DNA of 63,418 nt, filler included, from Trichomonas gallinae (GCA_008369845.1; 8 parts of 8 records of this genome joined end to end with filler, not necessarily neighbours in it), one strand, 5' to 3'. Shown: positions 11,501-22,736, counted from the whole stretch's first letter. Made by a program: numbers and translations. The notes: generated by a model not told the origin, from the letters alone.

Positions 11501-14500
11501 ATAATTTCGATCCACTCGTTAGAGCAATGTTCGCAGCAAGAGTTAGATTCGCTGGACATTTCGCTGACTTCCCAGAGCTCGTGAAAATGATCATTGCAAA
11601 ACTCCATGACACTTCTCTTCAGACTAATGCCGACATATGCTCTATACTCGCTGAAATTGTCCCATTTGTTACAACAGAACTAAGAAACCTCGCTATTGAA
11701 AGCGCGAGTGTTTCTATTGATGACGAGAAACTCCTCAACAGGCCAACATTCGTTTTAGCTATGCTCGACTTGCTTTCACAGCTCAGAGAAACAGAACCGA
11801 ATAATGCTGCTTTGCACGATCTTTTGATCAAGTTCATTATCACGTCACAAGAACCACAATGCATCGACATTCTCAAAGGAATCAAGTGGAGCGAAGATGA
11901 ATTCAAGAGACTTTGCGTTTTGATCGGCAGACCACTAGAACAAGAATTCAGGTCATTGTTCGTCCCATTAATCGCAGAATCTCTTGGTATCCATGCTAAC
12001 TCGTTCATATCAATTAACTCAGATGATATTGCTGTCAAAACAGTTGCATACAGAGACCTTCAAGCTGTTGGTGAGTTTAATTTCGTCTTCGCGATGCAAG
12101 CTTTCGCTGATATGCAGATCAACGAGTTCGATCTTCAAAACGCAGCGTCTGGTTTCTTGACGAGAGTCATCAACGATGCACCAGCATTGATCGAAGAGTT
12201 CATCCTTCCTTCAATCAAATTCCACGTCAACAAACGTGTCGCAAGAGTCCCAGTCTCTGAAATAATTATTTTGTTAGTTGCTATCACTCAGCAACTTCCT
12301 GATTTACTCCCGACAATCACAAGGTTGTGCGGAATGACTTCATTCAAGGCAATCGGTTCTTCCGATGTCGGAGTAAGATCTGAAGGTTTGCTGAAGTTCG
12401 GTGAAGAAATCGAAGCAAGTGATGATTGGAGCAAAGAAGAACTGTCAACTTACATTTTGCCGTTACTTTGCCAACTCGCTGGCGCACAGAACTTAGCCCA
12501 AGCCATGGCCCCAGTCTGCAGGAGAGTTACAGCAACAGCCATCGATAGATTGTTGAAGAGATTAGTTGCGAAAGTCGAAAGAGCTGCAACTGTTCAACTC
12601 TTAGTTGACCTATGCAGAGAACAAGCATTCACAGCAGAACAAGTTACTCCTACACTCATGAGATTAATACAAGACAAAGAGACACCAGTTAGAGCACAGC
12701 TGAGAATGATGACAGCGCTTTTGTCGATCAACACAAGACCAGAAATCATCCACAACTTAATCAACTATGTCACTCACAAAGCTCTTCACAAGAAGCAGGA
12801 TATCAGAGCAATAGGACAGGAAGCAATCACTGCTTTAACAGCGCATGTTCCTAAGAATTTGTTCTACGACTTCTTCCAGGCATTGAGATCGCAAATGAAC
12901 GACGGTTATGGAATTCCTCTTTTGTATGTTTCATTGAGCAATGTTATTGAACACGCTCCAATTGTTGGCTGCTTCGATCCATTCATCAAAGTTCTCGTTT
13001 CCTGCCTCCTCGAAGATATATTCGGCAAGAATGCACAGTTGAGAATCCAGCTGTCTGACAAAGTCCCTGAAGCTAAGAAATGCCACTCATTCAACAGCTT
13101 CGAAAAACTCGCCTCTAAAATTGTATTTAATGAAACAATTCGCGATGTCATAGAAGCAATCAAGACATGCTTCGAAAATCTACAGAGCAAAGAACAAGAG
13201 CGTGGTGCTAAGAGATTAATTAATTCAATAGCAACAGGTCTTTTGGACAACGAAACAATTCACGCTGATCACATTGTTACCGTCGCTAAAGAATTGTTAG
13301 TTTCGAGCAAAGTCGAGAAAATCGAAAAGAAGAAAGAAGAAGATAAACCGAAAATTGCTTACGGACACATGTTCGAGAACGACTTAATACTAGAGAAACC
13401 AGTGAGAAGTTCATTCGAAGCACAAAAGACAAACGTTGCATCACTTGGAAAGAATTTCTTGATTTCCTTCTTCGCAATGAAGATGCTCGCAGTTTTCTTC
13501 GACAACAACTTATTCATTCCTGACGAAGAAGACAGAGAAGCGAACAAGGAAGCAGCTGAAGCCCAAATAAACATGCTCGATGACCTGCTTAATGACATCT
13601 GGCAGTTCACAACAGCAACAAACGACAACGACACAATGGTTATCTCAATGACAATTTTGCAGCATTACGCGTCGCAAAAAATCTTCCCAACATTTGTCAA
13701 GCTTTTGCCAAAGATGCTGGACTTCATTGCAGATCAATTACAGCAGATGCACACAGCCACAGATGAGTTCGGCAAGAAATTATTCGCATTACTTACGACA
13801 ATTTTGACGAATTTTGGAGAAATAGCTTTGCCGACAAAATTCACTCGCGCACTTGTCCAGTTTTCATCAGACAAACTCGATTACCATGACTCCTGCGAAC
13901 AAATCTTCGGTGTCCTCATCTTAGTTGTCAAGAGACGCAATGATATTCCAGAGATTTACGACGTAGCAGATAGAGCCTTCGAATTAATTGTTCGCGCGAC
14001 TTCTGCTGATGTTCGCAGACTTTCTGCTGACTTCTGTTCAATATATTTGACGACATACAAGATGAAGCCAGCAACATTCGAGCAGCATCTCAAATTTGCG
14101 CTAAGTAATCTTCAGAGCTCGAAGTCTGCAGCAAGACGCTCACTTGTTTACTTCATTAGACAGTTCATTTCTATTGCAACAGAAGAGCAACTCGAAAAGT
14201 ACCACGAATTGATCTTCCTTTATCTTGGTGTTGCAATCGCGAACGAAACAGATGATTCTGCTTCCAAAGAAATCGGAGAAGCAATCAGTGATTTGCTTAG
14301 GTCAAACAATTCAACGAAACTCGCAAGCGACTTCGATTTGATGCTCAGATGGGCTTCGTCTGATGGAAAGCAGACACGCACTGGTTTGCTTTTGTTGGCT
14401 GTCGCTGTTCCTTTGACTAACGTTGAATCTGCTCTCGATGACCTTCAGCAGCTTGTCGACGCTAGAGTTGGTGCAGACAACATCAAGATCAAGCTTGCCG

Positions 14501-15303
14501 CAATTCAGCTCCATAAAGCAATCGTCAGCACATTCGTTGAATCAGAGAACGTGAAACTGTTTTCGATTCCTCAGCTGCTTTCATTATTATCTCAGCGTGA
14601 AACAACAAGAATTGGCTGCGAATTATGCCATTGGTATTTGAGCGACTATGAATCCAAATTCACGCCAAATGCAGATGAAATGGAATCGCTTGCTAAAGAA
14701 TTAATCAGAATTACTTTCGATTGGTCAGGAGTTATACAGGAATCCGGTCTTGCTCTTTCATCCATTTTATCAAGAATAGGCGAAGAAAAACTCGTTTCGC
14801 TTATTCCTGACCTAGAAAAACCACTTCAAAACGAGCCATCGCAGAATGCTGTCATTTTGATGATGAGAGCAGTTGTTGCATCAATAGATGTCCTTGAATC
14901 AGAGAACGCGACACCTCGTCCTTACTTAGTTTACGCACTCAAGTTCATCGGAAAGCAGAAAGATTCGAAAGTCAAAGAACTGAAGAAAGCTGCAACTGCT
15001 GCGATTTCTTTCGTTCGTGGTAAAGTTCAGCCAGATGTTTTCTCTGAGGTTTGGGCTTCCATCGTTGAAGCTGATGAGAAGTTGAAGCAAGAGAAAATCG
15101 AACAGGCAGCAGCTGATAAACTTCTTGACCCAGAATCTCTCCGCGAAAGAAGAAGAGAGGCAAAGAAACTAAAGAAGATTGAAAAGCGTAAGAAGAAATA
15201 TTTAGAAGATGACATGTTCGATGGCACACTTCACGCATTCGGTCCTGATGGAAAGCGTATCGAACCTGTTCCACTTCCACCAGAATTCCAAGACAAGAAA
15301 TAG
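8503..15303 (+). CDS. UTP20: U3 snoRNP/SSU processome HEAT-repeat protein UTP20 (DRIM)
   Basis: About 2270 aa; N-terminal HKWKSFSKRV, LARDLRSEFYPYF, RRLAAETLAFLLR; EDIFG...VPEAK; basic C-terminus. The first ATG is 8503. Confidence 0.85.
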   Translation: MSVQNLLKTRHKWKSFSKRVAEITVNTTFDYDLTKTLPRKGENGSFFDDALRDSMQTNLDPQYSQFVSKIMNYTNSLEILLFNKEKVIEAIIEFLSLTYEEARAGIKTVMYLVQQLARDLRSEFYPYFKQIFTLLVNIFEPIEPDFIDCFFKCITFMIKFLLKQIVKDLDAVLELFVIQLFTHKKPYTRRLAAETLAFLLRQVPDRTLAFTILLRKCQSYYDSVKHIPPTEEEITYNIPTVRERIVETIAITISQVTKNLNGSLRSYTTELINWCFAEKFEITFEAFLMANKKLAKHVSRGNHHEIVPLLTESLPNIDSSLALNTLAIWTREKGGDLIDNPRMAVKLITLCLNDASNESIADYLNALETITIPENQYNEIADAVIKLITNNYPIDQLEGCIKISSAARAGVLKFYSQNPEYLQSILNYIKWLRPPQSDIPPHLYELIRSELINNRNVFIPIVEYIYNKDIYNDLLALPNKTLEEREVLYTLMGHYDSDKLAEEPPKLFKELAGKIMEERAIRIFSKLINISAEVQASWFNRESPIFKQLLRSVDFNIPCQEVQKTASEILTKFIGTDEPLESLEDEYLVVRCGDLVFNATHDLKSYREGEAAIARLTTDIVKIRNTNMLMNYALGFARQPYVNFRTHAAGLIGQIIKLKPSVYGPKISAEIEQQFTIADSTIFAPTLIQAVINAEYVDETMVNLLIKYSEVRMEDSTEEEDLNEGENNEEQEKKREDIGAKIIAQLITSLTSVSGSDKFADKVDLATSKLLRSTKLEVRKAALTVQFSYHVTKNRSINEQVRKTIQEILEAYSDPKSKVDTLMKLQPFVETLEFEKDFVINTAVSLTIGCYFEYLTEKVRQKHKYHQLASSMLQSLAFLSPSYTRPLIEATFPQDKSQATLRKTPVYVAPVLSRLSNNIYPFSRRIASTLKECMNACANASGHIIKSCVKAITLFIETEVKMGPNFKDEVEWEQASEELSKVQSEFVHSILKSFEIAAVHNFDPLVRAMFAARVRFAGHFADFPELVKMIIAKLHDTSLQTNADICSILAEIVPFVTTELRNLAIESASVSIDDEKLLNRPTFVLAMLDLLSQLRETEPNNAALHDLLIKFIITSQEPQCIDILKGIKWSEDEFKRLCVLIGRPLEQEFRSLFVPLIAESLGIHANSFISINSDDIAVKTVAYRDLQAVGEFNFVFAMQAFADMQINEFDLQNAASGFLTRVINDAPALIEEFILPSIKFHVNKRVARVPVSEIIILLVAITQQLPDLLPTITRLCGMTSFKAIGSSDVGVRSEGLLKFGEEIEASDDWSKEELSTYILPLLCQLAGAQNLAQAMAPVCRRVTATAIDRLLKRLVAKVERAATVQLLVDLCREQAFTAEQVTPTLMRLIQDKETPVRAQLRMMTALLSINTRPEIIHNLINYVTHKALHKKQDIRAIGQEAITALTAHVPKNLFYDFFQALRSQMNDGYGIPLLYVSLSNVIEHAPIVGCFDPFIKVLVSCLLEDIFGKNAQLRIQLSDKVPEAKKCHSFNSFEKLASKIVFNETIRDVIEAIKTCFENLQSKEQERGAKRLINSIATGLLDNETIHADHIVTVAKELLVSSKVEKIEKKKEEDKPKIAYGHMFENDLILEKPVRSSFEAQKTNVASLGKNFLISFFAMKMLAVFFDNNLFIPDEEDREANKEAAEAQINMLDDLLNDIWQFTTATNDNDTMVISMTILQHYASQKIFPTFVKLLPKMLDFIADQLQQMHTATDEFGKKLFALLTTILTNFGEIALPTKFTRALVQFSSDKLDYHDSCEQIFGVLILVVKRRNDIPEIYDVADRAFELIVRATSADVRRLSADFCSIYLTTYKMKPATFEQHLKFALSNLQSSKSAARRSLVYFIRQFISIATEEQLEKYHELIFLYLGVAIANETDDSASKEIGEAISDLLRSNNSTKLASDFDLMLRWASSDGKQTRTGLLLLAVAVPLTNVESALDDLQQLVDARVGADNIKIKLAAIQLHKAIVSTFVESENVKLFSIPQLLSLLSQRETTRIGCELCHWYLSDYESKFTPNADEMESLAKELIRITFDWSGVIQESGLALSSILSRIGEEKLVSLIPDLEKPLQNEPSQNAVILMMRAVVASIDVLESENATPRPYLVYALKFIGKQKDSKVKELKKAATAAISFVRGKVQPDVFSEVWASIVEADEKLKQEKIEQAAADKLLDPESLRERRREAKKLKKIEKRKKKYLEDDMFDGTLHAFGPDGKRIEPVPLPPEFQDKK

Positions 15304-15673
15304 ATTTATATAGAATTTTTTATTTTAATTATTTTTTTATTAAATAGATTTGCTTTTTTAATTATAATGTTTATCTTTCTTCAATTCAATCATCCAACAA
15401 TATCAATCATATTTATTGGTGTAGGAATCAATTGCTATAACATCAAAAATCTAACAATCTCCAGCTAATAATGATGATACTTATAATTTTAATGAATATC
15501 ATTTCTAATCTTTTTGAATGATTTTAAAAGTAATCCCGAATTCTATAAATAGATGTAATGACATATAGAGGATGTGCATGCAAAGTTTCCTGCTTAATCA
15601 GTTGAACACTAAAGAAAAAAAAAATTAAAATTAATTAAGATTACTAACAATATCTTTATTAATAATATCATAA

Positions 15674-16672
15674 CTATACTATATTACATGAAACCTCTTC
15701 AATGACAGTATCAAGAGGCTCATCATCATTGATAAATTCGGGACTGATTTCAACAGCAGTTGCGCCTTCGATCTCGCCGTTCCATTCAACGAAGTCATCT
15801 GGATTCGGCATATTCTCGAAATATGTCTCCCAAATATGGTGCTCGTTTCCTGTAAGTCCCAATCTCTTCTTCATTTCATCTATCTTCTCATATATATATT
15901 TATAGTTTGGTTTTTCGTCAAAGTGTAAGTAATTTATGCTTGTCCAAATATCTGCAAGTTCAGGACCTGCATTATGCGTAAATTTCTTAACATTGAACTG
16001 TGATTTCAAGTAAATAAGCTCCTCGTGGTCTTGAACACCTCTCCAAGGCAGTTTTCCGCAGAGCATTTCGATCATTACATAAAACCATGATATCATGTCA
16101 TCTTTTCTCGAGCAAGAGCAAAAGGCATGACAATTTATGCTTGCATATGCTTTAGAACCGCGAAACCCTGCGTTTGTTGCGTGTTCGATATGTTTTCCCG
16201 TTTCTGTATTGATGTATTGGCGTGTAAGACCAAAATCTATGATGCATATTGGCGTATCGCGCTTGTTTCGAGTGATAATATTGCCTGGTTTGATATCTCG
16301 ATGTACGAAACCTCGGATATGTAGCTGTTCTAATGCCTTTAGGGACTCCTGCATGACTATTACGCCAGATTCAATTGGAATTTTCTTAAAAATCTGAGTA
16401 ATTGATGGTCCGAGAAGTTCCATCGAGTAAAATCTGAACTCTGGAGTAGTTCCGAATATTCCACAGCGTGGGAACATCAGAGATGATTGCAATGCTGCCA
16501 GAATTTTATACTCATGCTCTAAATATCTTTTCCTGCTACTATGAGATTCGCATTTAATTGCTACAATCTCGCCGGTTGTCTTATCTTTAGCATTGTATAC
16601 TTCCCCGAATGTTCCTGCACCGATCTTCTCACCTATTACGAAGTGGAGAAGTGAAGACCCGGTGCGGATCAT
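15674..16672 (-). CDS. CK1-group (tau-tubulin kinase-like) protein kinase
   Basis: GAGTFG, HRDIKPGN, DFGL, FRGSKAYAS, SRKDD, LPWRG. The first ATG is 16672 (the track start is TTG). Confidence 0.9.
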   Translation of the reverse strand: MIRTGSSLLHFVIGEKIGAGTFGEVYNAKDKTTGEIVAIKCESHSSRKRYLEHEYKILAALQSSLMFPRCGIFGTTPEFRFYSMELLGPSITQIFKKIPIESGVIVMQESLKALEQLHIRGFVHRDIKPGNIITRNKRDTPICIIDFGLTRQYINTETGKHIEHATNAGFRGSKAYASINCHAFCSCSRKDDMISWFYVMIEMLCGKLPWRGVQDHEELIYLKSQFNVKKFTHNAGPELADIWTSINYLHFDEKPNYKYIYEKIDEMKKRLGLTGNEHHIWETYFENMPNPDDFVEWNGEIEGATAVEISPEFINDDEPLDTVIEEVSCNIV

Positions 16673-17078
16673 CCCCTTTATTTTTTTGTGATATTTGGGG
16701 TCTTTCTGGACCACTTTTTTTATTCCATTTATATGAAATATCGTTGCCAATTAACTAGAATCAAATTGATTTAATTAATTATGATGCGATTTGATTTGAA
16801 TAGAAAATAATCGTTTTACAGTAAATTAAATCAAAAATAATCGTAGTGCAATAAATTTGAATAGTAAGGAAATTATTCAGTGTTTTTGCTCATAACAACA
16901 TTTTGGAACTGATTTTGGAAATAATCTATCATTGGATACAAATATACTCCAAATGGAGATCCGAATACACAAAGGATATATGTTTTTCAAAATTCATTAT
17001 TTTAAGGGACCGTTCTAACCGTTTTGTAAACTATCAATTGATTCTATGAGGTTATCAAATTTGTCACCTTTTCCAAAA

Positions 17079-17178
17079 NNNNNNNNNNNNNNNNNNNNNN
17101 NNNNNNNNNNNNNNNNNNNNNNTTAATTAATTAANNNNNNNNNNNNNNNNNNNNNNNNNNNNNNNNNNNNNNNNNNNN
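17079..17178. other. Artificial contig-joining spacer
   Basis: 44 N + TTAATTAATTAA (stops in all six frames) + 44 N. Confidence 0.98.
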
Positions 17179-17212
<34 letters not shown>

Positions 17213-17359
17213 ACAGGAAATTTGAATTCCATGAAATAATCAATTATTTATTGATAGTCAGATCGTAAAGATCATATTTATCATTTTTTTTTTACGGGTG
17301 CAAAAATGTTCATGAAAAACCATAGATTAGTAATAAACACCCATTATTGCACATAAAAT

Positions 17360-18473
17360 TTATCAAAATAATAATTGAAACACATTATTCGAGAATATCT
17401 TCACAAAAAATATTAAGAGATGAGATTTTTTATCATCATTTTCAGAGCTAACAATGTACCAGTAGCAGTATGACAATACCCCATACCTCATCATTTTAAA
17501 AACATGGTTAGTAAAAACGAGCGAAAGTCTCACTAAAAAATCTTCCGGAGTGGAGATACTTGAATATTCAACATCCTTACCCATAGGAGAGTATCAATAA
17601 AAAATCTGATATATGCGATTATTGGAAGAAAATCCTATAATATATACATGTCTTAACCTTATCCAAAAAATGCATTTTTTTCTATCTATATTACTAATTC
17701 AGTCTTTATCAAGGAGATGTAACATTTCTCAGTGTTAATATCTCCAGAAGCACAAGCCAAATACAATAATTAAAATTATTCAAGATAATCTAGCCACTTT
17801 CTCTGATAATTTATCATATTCATGCATTCAGCCGTGATTATTACAATATCTCTCTATAAATTAACATGTAAGTCAACTTCATTTAAAATTACGATCTGAT
17901 TCTATATCATTTTCCAGCTTAAAGAATAAATAATCGTAAATTATGAAATAGCATGCTGTATCGATGCACACATAACAATTTAATACAGAAAAGATTTAAA
18001 ATTATTATTGCAATATTATACTACTTTAGTTTTAGATATTTAATGCGATAATTTTCGTTTTATGATAATATCTCATCGATTAATGAATTGCATATATCTG
18101 TAGCAAGCTTCTTTAGCTCAGAAACATAGCTTTCAATGTTTAATCATCGTTGTATCAGTTGCATAAGAATAATTTAGAAAGAATAAGGTCTCTTCATGTT
18201 TGGAGAAACCATTCCCAGTGTATAAAGTGATGTTTGTGTGTAGATTGATGTTTCTATCATCATAAGAATGACCTGGCTCGGGGCGAACATCAAAAATTGG
18301 TTCTCTGTGTTTAGAATGAGACTGTTCAACCTGTCTATCGCGAAGTTTATTTAATTACGGTCTTAACGGCTAATCGTGGAACCGAATCTGTTTCTTGTAG
18401 CGCGTATTCGATGCGGACTCTTCCTTTTGAGTTCGGAATCGTTTATTTTACACAGAAGAATATATAAAGTCAT
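17360..18473 (-). pseudogene. Decayed coding region of unknown family
   Basis: ATG at 18473 lies just downstream of two TTTACATGACA motifs. Protein-like segments (INDSELKRKSPHRIRATRNRF; KLRDRQVEQ...) are broken by stops and frameshifts. Confidence 0.4.
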
Positions 18474-18939
18474 TCTAAATTTATATTCTTTTGTCATGTA
18501 AATATTTTTTTCTGCAATATTATGTCATGTAAAGGGAAAATTTTGACATGCTTAACGTTCTTTGTTAAAATACATAATTTGGTGATCAATGCGTTTAATA
18601 TGATCTATGTAACTAATTTTTCATAGAACTTTTTTCAAGAATCAAAAATTTGAAAAATTTTGAAAAGATTTCAAAATCCATGGATTCGCAAGATTTTGTA
18701 TTGGAACTTTCACGCAGTAATTCTTCATAATACAGTAATGTTTAATTATATAACAAAAACAGGATAGCTTTCATATTCGAGCCTAGAAACGCATAACGGG
18801 GAAATAACCTTAAACAAAATTGAGAGGACCTTCTATCGTCTGGTGTTCACCCTTAATAGTCTAATATATACAATTGATTGAAAATTTGTAATAACTTAAT
18901 TTATTAAATCAAATGGTTTAACTGAAAAAAAAAAAATTA

Positions 18940-19863
18940 TTAAAATTCTAAATCATTATCAGATTGCCCTGATGGAATGCTATAGAGTGGATTGCTGATT
19001 GTATCTACCAATTCAGATGATGTTTCATCTGATAGAAATTCCAATTGTTCAACATCCGCAGTTTTTTCAATTGTAAATTCAGATTGTGGTGAATCTTCAA
19101 CGATTTCAGCATCGCTGTTTACATTTTGAACTTCTTTTTTCTTTTTAAAGTATAAGAAAAATATAACACCAACAGATATGACAATGATAATAATAACAAG
19201 TAAAGGCCATATTATGTACCTAACTCTGCTGACAGTTTGATTTGGGTATGTTACATTGTCATTAAATTTTTCAAGAAGTATGCAATTCCCAATGATTTCA
19301 TCATATCTCATAATAATATCTACTGATGTTGCGCCTTGGCTTCCACGAGCATTGAAAACCAAATTATTGTCAATCGGTTTCGACATGTTATACTTGAATT
19401 GAAGACATCTTGGCTTTTGACTAACTGGGCAATAATGGATACGTTCAAATTTAAAATCTTCCTTTTGCAGGTAAACAGAAATGTCGTCATTAAGGTATGA
19501 AACAACTGACCCTTGGATTGTGACTTTGTCATTACACGAAACAGGCTTTTCTGACAATTCTAAAAATGGTGGAGGTGAGTCATAATAGTATACTGTATTT
19601 TCGATTGACTTAGACTTGAAACCATAATCATCAACAGCATACAGTGTAATCTTATGTTGTGTGAATTCATTTTCAGGAAGACTTGTAAATATTTGTCTTC
19701 TTAACATCTTTGATTTACCATTGAGTTCAATACTATTAGGAAGATGCCTGTGTTGTGGACTATCATCTATAACATAGTAAATGTATGCCACATTTTCATC
19801 TGAAATATTAAAAAGAACATCCATGTATCCTGATTCGAACATCTTTATATCCAATGGCTTGAT
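18940..19863 (-). CDS. Type I membrane surface protein (Ig/cadherin/Bap-like ectodomain), 5'-truncated by the contig end
   Basis: Frame open to the gap; beta-rich HKITLYAVDDYGFKS motif; TM helix IIWPLLVIIIIVISVGVIFFLYF + KKKK; acidic tail with NPLY. Confidence 0.8.
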   Translation of the reverse strand: MKPLDIKMFESGYMDVLFNISDENVAYIYYVIDDSPQHRHLPNSIELNGKSKMLRRQIFTSLPENEFTQHKITLYAVDDYGFKSKSIENTVYYYDSPPPFLELSEKPVSCNDKVTIQGSVVSYLNDDISVYLQKEDFKFERIHYCPVSQKPRCLQFKYNMSKPIDNNLVFNARGSQGATSVDIIMRYDEIIGNCILLEKFNDNVTYPNQTVSRVRYIIWPLLVIIIIVISVGVIFFLYFKKKKEVQNVNSDAEIVEDSPQSEFTIEKTADVEQLEFLSDETSSELVDTISNPLYSIPSGQSDNDLEF

Positions 19864-19963
19864 NNNNNNNNNNNNNNNNNNNNNNNNNNNNNNNNNNNNN
19901 NNNNNNNTTAATTAATTAANNNNNNNNNNNNNNNNNNNNNNNNNNNNNNNNNNNNNNNNNNNN
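19864..19963. other. Artificial contig-joining spacer
   Basis: 44 N + TTAATTAATTAA + 44 N. Confidence 0.98.
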
Positions 19964-20341
19964 GCAATCATATTGTGGAGGTAAAATTGTTGTTAGGGCT
20001 GTTATTTGCAACACATCAGCATGCAAATATTAGAGTTTTAGCAACGCGCGAAAGTATACGTTAAAATAAGGTTCTTAAAAATCTTAGAAATTTCATTGCG
20101 ATGCAAGCCTAAGATATCTTATTCCTGTAGGCCTATAGAAGCTATATCTAAAGTATCGACCTCAAGTATTCTCAGAAAAAAGAGTCCCCCCTTTTAAACT
20201 ACTGTTTCCAATTTCTATTTCATGTGGTTATTTTCAAATTAATCAAAATCAACGAGATCATATATTAACAATAGCATATCCGCATTAGTCTTGTAAAATT
20301 GAATGATTTTAAAGAATTTCATGTAAATTTTAAAATTTTTA

Positions 20342-20809
20342 CTAATTTTTGGCAACCGCAGCAAAGAATCTCTTGAATTCTTTGTAATCAAGAGATCCAG
20401 TTTTATCTTTGTCGTAATGTTCAAAGATCCTTTTGGTTTCTTCAAATGAGCAAATTTGGTTCAAATCTTTGAATAACTCGAAAAACTCTGCAAGCTCAAC
20501 AGTTCCAGAATCATCTGTGTCGAGTTTCACGAATACAAGTCTGCAAAGGAACTGTGAGAATTTATCGATGGACTTTAAGTTAAGCATAACAGCTTTGAAT
20601 TCGTCATATTTCAATGAATCTTTTTCAGTCTTGTTAAGGATGTACCATAAAATAACTGTGAAGAATTCTGGATTCTTTAAATTCATCTCCGTCATCATCT
20701 TGATCATTTCTGGGTAATCAATAGCACCTGACTTGTCTTCATCGACTTCATCGAATAACTCTTTTAGTCTAGCGAGAACTTCTGCATTTGGCGCGCGATC
20801 TGGATTCAT
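20342..20809 (-). CDS. Calmodulin-like four-EF-hand protein
   Basis: Loops DEDKSGAID, DTDDSGTVE and DKDKTGSLD; the second hand is degenerate. Confidence 0.9.
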   Translation of the reverse strand: MNPDRAPNAEVLARLKELFDEVDEDKSGAIDYPEMIKMMTEMNLKNPEFFTVILWYILNKTEKDSLKYDEFKAVMLNLKSIDKFSQFLCRLVFVKLDTDDSGTVELAEFFELFKDLNQICSFEETKRIFEHYDKDKTGSLDYKEFKRFFAAVAKN

Positions 20810-22736
20810 TCTAGCGGCTTAAAATAAAATTGAATAGATGTGTCAAAAATGAAGTGAAATGCCGATGATGATCTTACTAAAGATCGAACTTTTGCGTATG
20901 TATACTATGTATTATACGACACATACGTGCTTAATTTTTGCGTAACTGTCGCATTATTAATTTAAATTTCAACATCACAAAATGTTATGCAAATAATTTC
21001 ACATGACAGATTGTCATTTTTAATATAAAATCGTATGATTTACATATGAGTTTTTGTCAAAATCCATTTTTTTTTTATAAAATCAAAGATGCATTTTGGA
21101 ATAACGGTGTATAACACATGGCACCACTGACAATAAGATGCGATATAGAATGCTTGAAGTAGTGGTGGAAAGCTCTACTTTCCTCTTGTGGATATTTTTT
21201 TTTGGAACTTCGATTTTATCATTTAATTTTGTTATTTACATCATATTTGGATATATAAAATGATATAACGGAACAATTGTTTCGTTTGCGCACTAAAATA
21301 TCCCAAGTGAATAATTTTTTAATGCTTGAAGTAGCAGAATCGAGTTGAATAAAGATCCAGTAGATTTATTTTGTTTAAGGACTTCCAAATACGATTTCAT
21401 AGCACAATAAGAAATCAAATAATATTATTGTGCATTTTGCAATCCTTAAAAATTCATGAGCAATCATTTGATTTTGATTCATATTATGAAATAGTTCATA
21501 AAGTCGAAGAACAATGATTCTCATTTGAGATAACATCTCGAATGAATAACGGACGAAAGTTGATAGTGCAAAAGTCATACACAACTGCAAGAGTTAATTA
21601 AGCATAGAGTACCTTATTACCATTTAGCCAAATCATTATTTGTCAAATTATTATCATTTTATTTTTGATATTGTAAAGTACTAATTTGACAAATTACATA
21701 ATTATGAGGCAAATTGACAAAATATTGTAACGAATTCGTCGATACTCTTCTAAATCTTTTGTACAGGCTGAACAATATTCACATGATGTGTAATTTCTGT
21801 TGCTCTATAAGAAAAGAAACATTACCCTGAATGGTTCGAGATTCTTTGTTATTCTTTATGAATGGAGACAAAAGTTAGGGTATAAAACGAAATTCACAGT
21901 TGATATTGTTGTTACTCGATGCATAGATGAATGTAGTATGCTTTACTATTGATAAAACTGCCGTAAATATTGAATGGATTATCATCAAAATTTGGCAGTC
22001 AATTCTGGAATGTCAAAAGTTCATTTTTCATCATTTTATCTGTCATTAAATGGTTCTATTAAATAAAAAATGATTAATATGTCACAATATTTTTTTCTTA
22101 CAAAACAGATTCATTGCGACCTGACCCATTTTCATATACCAGTCCATTGCTACTTTTTGCTATATGAAATTACGACTAGTAGCCTTTGTTGAAAAATTAT
22201 AAGCAATTTTTCAAATAAGAGAAACCAATTGAATCCATTTTAAGCATATCCTCATCTGTTGGCTGTAATGGGGATAATTATTTCATACGTTTATTTCTTG
22301 ACAAAAATCCAAATATTTAATTTTCCAAAACGTCTTTGCACACAATTGATATAGCAAAAGACCTTGCATGGATAAAATAGTGAATCTTGGATTTATTCAT
22401 AAAAATATTTCAACAGCTTTTTCAAAAAAAAGAAAACCATCATAGACTATATGTAAGGGATAAAATGAGGGTATTCCGAAGCCCGACTGATTTTGGCCCA
22501 ACATCCCTCAATTTTGTTGCGGATTCATCGCCCTGACAATATAAATATATAAAAGATTTGTTGCTGGGCTGTTTTATTATATGAATCCAATGCGGATTCA
22601 AATTGACAACAGTTCTCAAATTATTGAAGCCCATTCAATCGATTTTGATAGAAAATTGTACAGCATTGAAAAGGATTTTTGAAAGGAAAAATGACATGAA
22701 AATAAAATCATTTATTTTCTATTTTTTCATTAAGTC

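Noticed and set aside
9169..15280. Many antisense or overlapping ORFs inside UTP20, and likewise inside Rpn2, MSH4, the OYE and the coiled-coil genes
   Set aside because: Shadow frames caused by codon bias; no recognisable motifs
17179..17210. Long poly-A/T runs at contig edges (also 37797-37819 and about 63384-63413) as retroposon tails
   Set aside because: No associated element body or target-site duplication visible; homopolymers commonly break assemblies
18305..18370. TCTAAACACAG on the minus strand, resembling an intron 3' end
   Set aside because: One base short of the consensus, no good 5' splice site, and splicing does not restore a long ORF
21100..22640. Short ORFs and protein-like patches (also 24100-24560 and 58360-58815)
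   Set aside because: Possibly decayed genes, but I could not support any family assignment or boundaries
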